Source: Zancudomyces culisetae HAW-14-8
Taxonomy: Eukaryota > Fungi > Kickxellomycota
Length of the DNA stretch: 64,000 nt
Reading direction: 5' to 3'
Assembly (NCBI GenBank): GCA_052426225.1
Contig: JBNJNM010000021.1
Coordinates: forward strand, 1,798,001 to 1,862,000
Shown: positions 26,789 to 39,680 of the stretch, one piece after another
Layout: each line of letters begins with the position of its first letter
Position numbering within the stretch: position 1 is the first letter of the stretch
Notes under the pieces: generated by a model
Seen by the model: only the letters and a program-made list of their open reading frames with translations
The model's database searches: none
What the model was told of the DNA's origin: nothing
Program-made: the position numbers and the translations under genes

Positions 26789-28302
26789 GGGAAGAACTAG
26801 AAGAAGAGGGATCAAGTGGCTGTGGTATGAGCACTCAAAACCTGTGTTTCTATCGCGCTCACACTTTTATTCGATCATATTTGTGTACTAGCTTTACTTT
26901 TTTTCTTTTTCTTGGTGTGTTTTCCATTATGTTTGCGAGTCCGTTTAGAGTTATTATTTATTTTTTGTTTTTATGATACTATCGCACTAATTTAGATCTG
27001 CTAACTATTTGTTAAACAGTAACATTCGCAGTCACTATCCTCCCTCTGGCGTTTCACGAGTATCAACACTCAACATTCCATTCACACTCATGTGGAGCTT
27101 GAAAAAAATTAAATAAACACTGTAAAGTATGATGCGTTTTGTTTTTTCGTGTATTTATTTTTCCTTATGCCGGTTCATGCACTTGCATCTCACAAAGATT
27201 TGACTTTAGTCTTGGCTTTAGTGTTCATGGTGTTTATTTTCTCTTTTAAAAACAAAGCAAAAAGAAATAAAACAAAAGCCTCCACCACTTACCTTTTCCC
27301 GTCTCTCCACATTTATCAAAGTTAGGTGTATTAATATTGAGGCCCATAATATTGGGGAAGTATTTAATACGCCTATGAAACGCATATGCTTATAACATTA
27401 GGCAGCTTATATTTAGCATGCATTCTATTTGCTGCGTCCACACCCGCTATGAACGTAAAGTTAGTCTGTTTAGGTAGAAAATAGTAAAGGGTTTGCGTTG
27501 TTAGTGTTCTTACTCTTTCTACTGTTATTTTTTTGGGTGTGGTGGTGGTATGGGTAGTGGTAGTGGTAGTGGGTTTCCCTTTTTTTTATGTATACTGGAA
27601 GAATATAGAACGTCTAGTAGATGAAATGCAAAAAAAAAAGTAGTCACTAACCTCTCATTGTACATTCTTATTCCATTTCTTGGTTGAAAATTAAAAATAT
27701 CATTATTAATATAATTATTAAATGCTACATGTCCAACCAAATTTGCAAAACAACCAAACCATATGCTATTCTAATATTACTTTTTTATTAAAATATCGCT
27801 TGTAATTGAAATCCAATGTAACTCCCGTTTAATAAACTGATGATGAGAACTCGAGTATCTACTACGTCGATAAAACTGTTTATTTTTTTTTTGCGATACG
27901 TTGACATGCGCAGATATTTAGTTTCAAAAAAGAACAAGAAATAGTAGCAGTATTATGAGAAAATGCAACTATCTACTTTTCCTTTTCGCTAAACATTCTT
28001 TACACTACTGTTTCTGGCTCAAACATTTTCTAGGTTTATAATTACTACATTTGCCTCTTTCCCCCCTTTGCCACGTTTATGAGAGGTAAAGATTCAGCAT
28101 AAAGAATAACAAAAATTCTAATGAACTCTAAAATAACACCATTTTAGCGAAAACAATTTCTCACTCTTGTAGCTATATTAAAAAGCAAGATATCCTGTTC
28201 TATTTAACTTTGATGGAATAATTAATTGATAGTTAATAATAGAAACTGTCTTTTATAGAGATAAAAAAGTGTAAACCAGTATAGTAATACAGAAACAGGG
28301 TT

Positions 28303-31300
28303 ATGCAAAACAACGAACGATCTTCGCTCAGTAGGTCCACGCCAACACCTGGATTTTCCCTGAAACACATAGACAAGCAATACACACCGCTGTTACCGCC
28401 AAACAGTAAAGAAAAATATCTAGCACATGCAACTTTTAGACATATAGAAAGCGATGGTAATGGTAATTCACAAAAGGTGCCAGACAGCGCCAACAACATA
28501 AACAACAACACAAGTGTTCCGAATGCCTCGAGTTTACCAAATCTGGCAACACTATTTGAATATTGTGCTAGAGGAGACTTGGAAAAGCTTCAGAGCTTGA
28601 TACCACACAATGACACGGCTCTTAATGCATGTGATGACAATGGTATAACGCTACTTATGTTGGCTTCTAGTAATGGCTATGATAAAATTATATCATGGCT
28701 GTGTAAACGTGATACTGTAAATCTAAATCAGAGAGGTAAGTCGGCAAACACAACTATTTTATAATATATATTATTATGTGTAATGAAATAAAAGAGTAAA
28801 ATGTGTGTATACACAACAAAACAGATAATAGAGGAGATACAGCATTACATTACGCAGCCATGGGTCGGCATCACAAAAGTGTAGAGTTATTGATTGTATT
28901 TGGGGCAAGTGTAAACATAGAAAACATGGTAAGTAGTTCTTTTTTTTGTATTACAGCGTATCGGGGGGGGGGGGGGTTGTATTTTGAAGAGGATCGCTAC
29001 TATAAACCTTTGCATTCGCATTTACATTCACATTTAACCAAAAAAGATAATTACATCATCTAAATTCTAGCTACATAAACAAAAAAAAATAGGTTGGTGC
29101 AAGGCCTTTACAAGCGGCTTCGTTTTATGGATGCCCAAAATGTGTCGAAAAGATATTGTTAGGCGGTGACTTAAATGTAAACCACAAAGACTGCAGGGGT
29201 GAAACAGCATTGATGTTGGCAGCCTACAAGGGCTACAATGCAGTTGTATATCAATTGCTGCTACGGAATGCCAAAACAAAAAAGTTCGATAAGGTACACA
29301 CCCTAGTTTTATACAGGACTATTATTTATTTAGTAAATATATCAGACCTAACACCTAATACCGATACTTGTTGTAAATACTGATAGGCGGGATGGTCAGC
29401 ACTAATGTTGGCAGCATACACAGGAAAAATTGGAGTGTGTCATGCAATACTGGATTATGAACTGAAGGTTGGTGTAAAACCCGGCTCTCATAGACAGATT
29501 GTTGCTGAGTTGGCTGCTAAGGCTGGGTATCGTGAGATTTCCGAAATAGTAAATGAATATGAATCTAGGCAAAGCAGTACCACACATTCGATCAAAGGTG
29601 ATAACAAACGTATTGAGAGGAGCATTCCGTCCACTAAAGAGACTCCTCAAGACGAAAAAAAACAATCCTTGCGAGATGAATCGAATGACATCCAAGGAGC
29701 TGTAGAACCACGTCGAAATGAAAATGCTGATATTGATATTTCTCAAAGAGTTGAAAATATATTAGCAGACGGTTTGGATACAATAAAAAAAGCTTCCCAT
29801 ATACCTATGGAAAATAGTGGTCTGTACAAACCTAGTACTGAACGGATAGAGATGCCTAGGGTTACTAGTATATTTGAAAATAAAACAAATAACCTCGAAG
29901 GTGGCGCAAACGCTTCACGGCAAATTTCGGAGAATGTGGAAAATATAAATCGACAACCTATTACAGGCAGCAGTAATAAAAGTGAGTTCAAAGATCAAGA
30001 GCACCAAGACACTTCAACTCGGAACTTCACTACGCTTGCAAGGGAATTTAATAGTAACGAAGAAAATACACCAGAAATGCACAAAGTGGATACAAGCACC
30101 TTTGTAGAGGCCACACGTGGATTAGAACCAGAAGTGTCATCGATGCAGGGTGCTCATAATAATCCAAAGGTGTTGTCAAATACACAAGAAAGCAAAAAAA
30201 GTATGCATAAACCCAATTCAATCGATGTTGGTGGCGCACACTCCCAGATATATACCGATAGATGCGTAAGCAAAGAGAACAAGTTACATCAAAACTCGAA
30301 TGTGTTGAATGGTGGTTTAGAAATCCAGGCAGTGGCGAGCAACACAGTTGCAAAAGGTTTTGGTAAACCAAACGCATCGTTTACCACTAGTCAAAAACCA
30401 ACAAGTATTGCGTCAAAAGGGAGAAACGTGCAAGGAGAGACAGTAGAAAACTCGTTTAAGAGATCTCATATCCAATTGGGTTCAGCTCGAGAACATGCTG
30501 GTGATCCGGTTGTGGTACCAAACTCACATAATAACTTTGAGCATTTGAAATCACTCTCACAAAAGATGGACAAGGAGCAAGTTGGTGGTAACAGTGAAGA
30601 TATTTCTTTACTACGAGCTAGAGTAAAGAATATAATAAGCAAAGACTTCAAGATTATCACACCCATGGATTATTCAAAGAAGATAAAAGATATTGTAAAA
30701 CACGAACCAGAGGGAAAAATTGATGTTCAAGACAAGATCTTATCTAGGCTACCCTCACAAGATGAAAAACAAGCTACCTCTGGTGGGGTTTGTCCTGGCG
30801 AGACACAAAACCCAAATACAAGCGTGGTACAAGCTGCACCAAGCGATAAGTTTATCAGTCTTCAAAAAAAGGCATCTGATATTGTACAATCTAACATTTT
30901 AGACAGAGATTCAGATACACCATCAGCTGCAATAGGATTGTTGCAGCATCTTGGGGGTGTTGAAAATAGTTGTAACAAAAATGGCACTGCAAACACTGAA
31001 AGTATGGATAAGAATACTCATAGAGACCCAAGCGTTGAACAAGTAATGAAATCATACAAACCTCTACCTACACCGATGCCGAAAAGTCGGGTGAGCATTT
31101 ACAACAACTCTAGCCAAGAACCAGCGGTTAATAACGACGAGTTATTGGACACCGAGAAAAAAATGCAGACGGCTACTAGTATAGAAAGGTATGATATACC
31201 AACATTAGGTTAATAATAGGTATGACGGCTCCCAACCTTTTTATACTGTGCTCGTGTGTCTTGTTTGTGTTTTATTTTTTCTTTCTACTTGATATTAAGC

Positions 31301-34300
31301 AACATTAAAATATCATTAACATATTAAATAAACGTGAAGCATAAGGAATCTAAAAGCAAAAACAATATATAAAAAATATTCACATAGATTTAACGAGAGT
31401 AATGTGCAAATAAACGTGGTGGACAACAGAGTGGACCCAAACCCCATGCACAAAAATCAGACGGAGTTTTTAATAATGGATAACCAAACTACGTCTAAAG
31501 CCAAAGAAAGCCAAGCTGAACTCAGTAGTATACCAAGTCATAGCGAACATTTAAATGGCGCTACTCAAGAAAATGTGGTTTCTGAGAAAAAGGAAGAAAC
31601 AAGCGTAAGCAAAATGAGAAAGTATTTTTTGCAGAAAAAGAAAGAGAGGAAAAACCAACTTGTAGGCAAAAACGCTGCTGATGGATTGATTTCCAAGTCA
31701 TGGCGCATTTTTAGCAAAGTGGTAACAGGATTTATACCTAGTTTTGTGATTAGAAAATGCAAAAATACACAAGATGACGAAAGAGTTCAGGCGTGGAGAG
31801 AAAAGATAACATTGTGTTTGCTAATATTATGCATGTGTGGTGCTATGGTGTTCTTCACTTTTGGCTTAACACAGTTATTTTGCGTTTACAGCGAACCCAT
31901 CGATACGTACGGGTTGCAAAAAAACCACGGCGCAAGGAGCAAAAAAAGATATGTTTCGGTTTATGGGAGCATATACGATGTAACGAACGGTTTTGGAATA
32001 CCAAATCATCCCAGGGTAAATGCCACATTGATTGGAAGCGACATTTCAAGATTTTTTTCCACGACATATCCCAGAGCAGAAAAGTGTAAGTTTTGGCCGG
32101 TTGGAAAGTCGCCAAGTACGTGTCTCTTTAACGATGGTAAATTTTGCCACAATTCGGCTACCATTGGAAACACGCTCAGTGGACTGGATACAAATAAAAA
32201 AATTACATACCAATGGAACGATATCTACAACAAAAAATACTATCTCTTTGTTTACAATGGCAGTGTATTCAATGTGTACAACTACCTGGAACGGAGTTTG
32301 GTAAACAGAACAGGGTATTTGGGAGCTCCACACATAACGGATAGCATAATACAAATGGTGGGGACAGACGCCACTCAGTATATCAACAGCAAGAGTGAAT
32401 TAAAGCAACTTGTTAGTTGTTTCTATGCACAATATTTGGTTGGTGTGGTAGACGGAACACCAGTTGGTTGTATTCTGGTAAACGGCTTGCTAGCAGTAAG
32501 TATGATGATGGTTGGGATGGTGACACTCACAAAGTTTTTTTGTGCAGTGCTTTTTAACTGGACATATAAATGGCGGTTCTGCAGAAATTACAATAATATA
32601 TATACTATGCGTGACAAGAATCATAATGAAGTTCACGAGTTGCCCTATGTGCTGATACTGGTTACGTGTTATTCGGAGGGCAAGGATTCGCTAAAAAAGA
32701 CTTTGGATTCTATAGCTGAAACGTACTATCCAGAACCAAACAAGGTATTGGTAGTCATTGCAGATGGAATGGTGAGTGGTGAAGATGAAAATAAGAGTAC
32801 CCCTGAAATTGTGCTTGAGCTGATGGGAGTTAACAACCCATCAGACATGCGTGCTCATAATCCATACAGTGATGATCAAAATAGCGCTGCAAGAAAACAG
32901 TCAGAAGATCCCAGACCTCTTGCATACAAGTCTATTGGGCATGGCGAACATGGTTATAACAACGCCAAGGTGTATGGTGGAGTTTACAATGCAAGTATTG
33001 GGAACAAAATCAATATGCTTGCGGTGATCAAAACAGGAAACTCTGTTGAGATCAGTAACAACAGTAGCAAACCTGGAAATCGTGGAAAACGCGATTCTCA
33101 GCTAATAATAATGCAGTGGCTTAAAAAGGCGTGTTTAAACGAACCCATGACACCACTAGAGTTTGAGTTGACCGAGATGCTTTTTGAGGTTTGCAAAATA
33201 CGACCTGATGTATTGGAGCTTATTTTGATGATTGACGCAGATACCAAGGTGGAAAAAAGAAGTTTGTGTTATATGATTAGTGCTATGATGGATGATTACA
33301 AAATAATGGGAATTTGTGGAGAGACGCAGATAGAAAACAAAAGCGAGAGCTTCATAACAAAGATTCAAGTTTTTGAATACTTTATATCACACAATTTGAG
33401 CAAATCATTTGAATCGGTTTGGGGAACGGTCACCTGTTTACCAGGCTGCTTCTCTATGTACAGAGCATATTCGCTGATCGGAAACATAAAAACCCCGTTA
33501 TTTGTTTCTCCGGATGTTATATCATCTTACAGTTGTAATGAAGTGGTCACCCTCCACCAAAAAAATTTATTGTTACTTGGTGAAGATAGGTTTTTGACAA
33601 CCATTATGTTGAAAAACTTTCCCAACAGAAAGACAATATACCTACCTAGTGCGATTTGCAAAACAATTGTGCCAAGCACCTTTAAAGTATTGCTGTCACA
33701 GCGACGTAGATGGGTCAACTCAACGGTTCATAATCTAATGGAGCTTCTTCTGGTTTCTGAACTATGTGGTACTTTTTGCTTTTCAATGCAGTATATGGCC
33801 TTTGTCGATCTTGTGGGCAATTTCACGCTGCCAGTTTCCTTTTTTACAACAGTTTATATAGCTGCAAACATACTTGCACAGAAAGCTTTTAAGATGGGGG
33901 TATGGCTGATTTTCACAATTGTCGTTGTATTTGGAGTTCATGCAGCCATAGTACTAACCATGTCTATAAGGAGGTATGTATATTTTTATTGGCTTCTCTG
34001 GTATATAATCTCAATTCCAATTTGGAATTTTGTGATTCCTACATATTCCTTTTGGAGATTTGATGACTTTTCGTGGGGAAAAACAAGAACTGTCATCGGT
34101 GATGCTAAAACAAATTCTGGTCCGAGTGGTGGTTCAAATATGGTTTCAAACATTGCGACTTTCTCAGCGCAGCAACAACAAAAACAACAACAACAGTTAA
34201 ATTCCTTGGATTCTGGTAAAAACCCGCGCAGAAACGATAAACATAACAAACCAGATATATCTAGCAACGTTCCTATAAAGCTATGGGCTGACTGGATTCG

Positions 34301-35366
34301 TGAAGGAAATGGTAGTCGTATTTACTCCAACAATATTCCAAACAACATTCCTATGGATGGACCTCCTTCCAATAGTTCCAACACTCGCTTCTTTAATAGA
34401 AATAGAATATCCAGAGCAATTGCACCATACATTCCCAGTATTGGGTTTTTTAATGAAAATAGAGTTTCTGTAAACTCAAATGGAAACTTTAGCACAAACG
34501 CAAACCCAAACGCAAACCCAAACGCAAACCCAAACGCAAACCCAAACGCAAACCCAAACGCAAACCCAAACGCAAACCCAAATCCGAGCCCGATCCCGAT
34601 TGCAAACGCAAATGCAAACACAAACCCGAATGCAAACACGAATGCAAACCCGAATTTCAAACCTAATCTAAACACAAATCCAAATTCAAACCTAATTCTA
34701 GATCCAAATACTACCAACGCCGGTCTCATGAACAAGATCAGGTATAATTTCAAAAACTGGTACAACCGCAACTCGGCAACTTCTTCTGCAAATGGTAATT
34801 TTATGGAATACACCTACGAACCTGCTCACTACACCTCTCCAAACATAATTGATGCACAACCACAACCATATATGCGGACGCAACCACGGCAACAGTATAT
34901 ACAGCCACAACAGCAGCCGTGGCCCACCCCATGGGTACCTGTAATAGATCCCAATGCGTTTGAACAAAACAAAAATGCGCGTGTTAGAGTACAACCACCA
35001 GAGGTAGTTAGAGATAGCAACGTTAACTACCATCCACACAACCCGGTCGGAAATATAGCAACACTAAATGCTCCATTTGACCGTACAAACAATACCTATA
35101 ATGCACCTCTCGCTAACCACTATAGTCCAATTAATGCTGGCTCCACCAACCCTACTGCAAATCTTCCCAATGTATACAGTGGTACTAATCGTTATCCTGC
35201 ATTTAATCCCGCTAATAATGGAAACTACTATGGCAATAACAATAATTTTCAAAATCAGTACAACAATAGACCCCAGGTTAATAATGATCGTGAAGCAGCC
35301 GGGCAAAACACTTACTCCACTATCCCTGTGCCACCAATTTTGGGATCACATAAAAGCACTCGATAG
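28303..35366 (+). CDS. Ankyrin-repeat-fused class IV (Chs3-like) chitin synthase, ~2172 aa. Exons 28303-28735, 28825-28928, 29093-29293, 29387-31188, 31388-35366
   Basis: Ankyrin motifs (GITLLMLAS, GDTALHYAA, GARPLQAAS, GETALMLAA, GWSALMLAA). A phase-2 intron GTATGA...CATAG joins to the CHS ORF. CHS motifs AWREK, cytochrome-b5-like region, KPGNRGKRDSQ, IDADT, IQVFEY, CLPGCF, LGEDR, QRRRW and DDFSWG. Exon lengths sum to 6519 nt. The CHS call is near-certain; the fusion is a splice inference. Confidence 0.8.
34497..34580 (+). repeat. (AACGCAAACCCA)7 coding repeat encoding (NANP)7
   Basis: Seven perfect 12-mers in the chitin synthase C-terminal tail, followed by degenerate copies. Confidence 0.95.
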
Positions 35367-35694
35367 TTTCGTGAAAGTTTGGACCTTTATTAGCTATCCT
35401 TTTGCATAAACTGTGGAGGGCTATAACATTCGTTTGCTTTTTTGTTTGGTTAGCTTTTCATTAATTTGAGTTCCGATCCAATAAAATAAATCTCCCTTCA
35501 AAAAATTTTTTAATCAGTCTTCAATGCTGAATTTTAGCCAAAGAAATCAACCTAAATTCGGAGAGTCTAGTTATAAATAGCAGCACTTCATTTCAGCTAG
35601 GTTTCCTATAAGAATTAAAACGGATCTAACAACTGTTTTTCTTGTGCTTGACGGCCAGAAGATTAGCGATAGAGTTTAGTTTAAAACAATCAAA

Positions 35695-36543
35695 ATGAAT
35701 CAAGTATTAGCTCGTAAGCATGTTTACTATGAATATTTCTCATATCCTTTAATTTATAAAACAGAAATGTAAATGAACATCAAAAACCACTTTTTGGAAA
35801 TAGGTCCCATCGTATTTTTCGGCCCATCGGGCTCTGGAAAGAGTACATTGCTGAAGCTACTATTTAATGAATTCCCGAATCAATTTGGATTCAGTATTTC
35901 TCGTAAGGAATTTTGGTTTGTTAATTCTCGATATATCCATTCATCGGAATATGTACTAACTATAACCTTTAAAAAAAATACAAATTAATATTGTAGACAC
36001 AACGAGAGCTCCTAGGAAAGGAGAGACAAACGGTATTGAATACCACTTTGTCACTAGAGATGAATTCCTCGAAGGCGTCAAAAAAAACGAGTTTATAGAG
36101 CACGCTGAATTTTCAGGAAATCTTTATGGAACCTCAATAAAGGCTGTAAAGGATGTAATCGAATCTGGAAAGACCTGTGTATTAGACATTGAAATGGTAT
36201 GTCGCACTTACTCTTACAGTACTGTTATGAATACAGCTATAGAAATCTAACATTTAATCTTCATGACTAATTCCTAACATAGCAAGGAGTAATGCAAGTC
36301 AAAAAAACGGATCTCAATCCGCGAATTATTTTTATTTCACCGCCATCAATGGAGATACTTAAAGAACGTCTAGTTAATCGAAATACCGATTCGGAGGATG
36401 CGATTAGAAAGAGGCTTGATACAGCGATCAAAGAGATGGAGTACGGCAAGTCCAGCGGTGCCTTTGATTTTCACGTTGTAAACGATAACTTGGATAGTGC
36501 ATACGAAAAGTTAAAAGGTTTTATTTTCAATACCACACAGTGA
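35695..36543 (+). CDS. GUK1: Guanylate kinase. Exons 35695-35713, 35804-35902, 35997-36196, 36283-36543
   Basis: [10 protein letters not shown]-loop, [36 protein letters not shown] and VNDNLD. Confidence 0.95.
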
Positions 36544-36884
36544 TTTTCTACGGTTAGTTTTTTTTAAGGTTTGTAACTTTGAATATAAAGGATCGAAAGT
36601 AAGAATGGGTGTAATCTGGAACATTTTTGTATAAAATCAGAACATTAATCTCTAAAATATGATCATCCCCTTGTTTTCAACCCACGCTTGATTGAGCAAA
36701 CATTGTTAAAAACATGAAGGCGATAAACGCAAAAAAATCAAAATATCAACATGTGCAAGGTGTAAGGCGTGGACACGTTTATTTTTGATATAAATAAACG
36801 GAAGACGTGGTGATGTTCTCTGTAGAACTGACACGAGAACAGGAACAAATGAGAAACCAGAGAAAGTTTTATTTAAAAAATGTC

Positions 36885-38090
36885 TCATAAAGGAGGCAAA
36901 TATTGTTCTCTTCCCAGCTTATGATCCTCAAAAGTGCGAACAAGTCTAGCGTTGGGGCTAAGCTTGGGGTTCAAAATAAATTCTGCCAAAATCCCTGTCC
37001 ATGAAGTGTGGTAGTAGAGGGACTTGTAAAACTCACCAGCTATTTTCATTAGATCCTCCATTCTGGTCCACGGAATCTATTGGGTTTTGGCATTTAAATT
37101 AGTTTGTGATTATTATAAGTTTGCTATTGGCAGTAATCTGTTTAGAAAAGAGCTTGTATTCGTAGTGATAGTTGACAGGCCAAATAGAAGTGAATAAAAT
37201 AAAAATAAAATTACCTGAGTAAAATCATGATGCTCGTTATGGTAACCTATGTTCATATACAACAGATTACCAGGACCATAGTATGAGTAGGTCTCCTGTC
37301 CATCAACAAAAATAAAGTGTTCTTGAATAAAGTGTGCTGCGCCAGGGTGTAAACCATAGCCTAAAAAGACTGAAAGACCCAGGTACGCCAATGCTCTGCC
37401 ACCTAAAGTGCTATATATTATCGTGTTTACAAGAACCATGGTGAGCGTATTTACTATCTCCCAAAATGTCGGCTGCTTTCCAAGCCTCAGTCCTCTCACC
37501 ATATACATTACTCCGTATGACATGACCCATAGTAGTTTTAAAAAAGATGAGTTTGAAACCAATTGCACTTCTTCTTCAAGAGGAAGATCAGGGTCCATTC
37601 CCTTCACTCCTTGAAACTGATGATGCTCAAGATGATATCGACGGAAGCTCTGTGAAATTGGGACCACCATCGGAATATTTATTACTAACCCAAATAGCCT
37701 GTTGTATAACAGCTTCTTAAAAACTAAGCAATGTGAGAGTTCGTGAATAATCACACCGTACATACTGGATACTGTTCCACCGATGGCATATGTGACGGCT
37801 AAAAGTAATGTTCTGTTCATATCCTTCCATTTAGTACTCACAAGGTAGGCCATGTACAACTGTATGCAAACCAAAAAGACTCCTATCAATGCTGTCCTTG
37901 GTTCATTTCCATATAGCTTTTTGATTTCCGGGTATTTTTGCAACATCACTTTTTTTCTTTTCAAGTGTGGTTCATCGAGGAACTCCGTCTCAAAAGCCTT
38001 ACTTTGATATCTTGAACCCTTCTTCCATTGCCCCAAGTATAAGGGGTGTCTTGGGTCCTTTTGCTTCAACTTTCCTTTTTGTACTTCCAT
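36885..38090 (-). CDS. DES1: Sphingolipid delta(4)-desaturase/C4-hydroxylase. Exons 38090-37215, 37076-36885
   Basis: EPH..R...L.KYPEIKKL N-terminal domain, His boxes HELSH, HLEHH and HNEHH, and ETYSYYG. Exon 2 reads IPWTR...EFY. Confidence 0.93.
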
Positions 38091-39258
38091 TGTATTATCG
38101 CTATACCTTTCTACCTTTATTTCTGTCTTTGCACTCCGTTATTTGATAGCTCTATTTATTATTGCTTTTTTTCAAGTTAGAGTAGTGGGTTCACAATAGT
38201 TGTTCCTTTTTTCTGCTATATACGATATTTAAACACATATTTGTGTGGATTTTCTGATATATTGAAAGACGTGGAAAGAGTGATTTTACAAACAAAGAAT
38301 AGATAATTGTATAGTAAAAAGTGGACTAATCATTGTTTAAAAAGTGCAAGGTTTATAAACAGAGAAAAGATAACCCTTTTGCTCTGACGTGTCTTGCGGT
38401 TGGATACTTTTGAGCTGTTTGGACTATTTGGACTGTTTGAACTGCTCGCGTTTTGAAGTTTGATGCAGGAAATCATAAATATTTTTCTCCTTTTACATTG
38501 GCTTCTTAATTTTTTTGCTTTTATTTTTGGAACTCAACTTATGCCAATCGAGAAAATCAAGCTGTTTGTTGATTAGATTGATGGTACGATTTGTTTATTC
38601 TCGCTTATCAAGACCTTAAACGCTCAGCCAGTTAAACCTAAAGAAGCGGCAAAATAAATGAATATCCGCCCTCCAGGTTGGTATGTTTTCCTCACCATCC
38701 TTGTAAGTGTAGCCACACATCCCCTCCCTTCCATTCTCTCCTCTGAAAAAAGGTGCTAATATATCAAAAAAGAAACTAAACCTTCTTGTCTTTATTCATG
38801 AAGCTAGAGTGTGTGTAAATAGTGCTTAGCCCGGCCTATTAAGTTTTGACAATGCCGCTTGTTTGTATTTTTTGGGATGTGGGATATGCGGCATTTGATA
38901 AACATGGTTTACTCCCCATTTGCCAACAAGAACTGTAGTGAGTAAACCGAAACGGTTACTGGGTTTTTGTTTTATACTAGTCTTATATGTACCTATCCCA
39001 ACAAATACAATGAAATGTGACAAACAAAAGAAAGGCATGACAGTATTGGAAAAGACCAAGCCTCTCCCCACCTTCTCTGAAGATTTTATTTAGGATAATC
39101 CGCCCCATCGGGTCGGAGAAAACAAAATTTGAATCAACTACCATAGTAGCCAACTTTTAACAAGTTCGTTGGACAGCATTTTATCCAACTATGGCCTTAT
39201 TTTTGTGTGGTATTTGTGATATATTTACTACAAAATAGTTGAGCCAGAAAAAAATAAC

Positions 39259-39290
39259 AATGAGCTGGGGAATGAGCTGGGGAATGAGCT
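39259..39290. repeat. 12-bp tandem repeat (AATGAGCTGGGG) x ~2.7
   Basis: Visible in intergenic sequence. Confidence 0.75.
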
Positions 39291-39621
39291 AGCCAATTGG
39301 ATAAAAAGAATGATCGACAGACCATGACTATTTATAAGAAATCTTTGATACAAACGTTCAAACATTCGTCTTTTTGTAAAGACATGTTACGCAAAAAAAA
39401 AAGTGGATATGCAACACAGCTGGCCATACAGAAAAAGCCAATGGAAACGCAACACAATGTTGGGCCAATCAGTGAGTTTTTAAGCCACTAATTGTTTGGT
39501 TCTCCTTTGTGGTGTTTTTACTATTCTCCTGCAATATCAATATAACCTAGAACTGGATGTATTTGTGACAAAAGATTGGATTGTATGACGAATAATCAAC
39601 CAGATTAATGCCTCATTCCAA

Positions 39622-39680
39622 CACACACATACACATGTACATATATACATATATACATATATACATATATACGTATATAC
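39622..39680. repeat. (AC)/(ATATATAC)n microsatellite
   Basis: Visible tandem repeat. Confidence 0.8.

Noticed and set aside
27838-27900. CTGATGATGA as a snoRNA C box or hammerhead core
   Set aside because: No matching D box, and no stem II plus GAAA nearby.
12899-36887. TGA stops (METTL6, MED9, GUK1, DES1) as selenocysteine codons
   Set aside because: They fall at the expected C-termini of non-selenoprotein families, and no SECIS was recognised.
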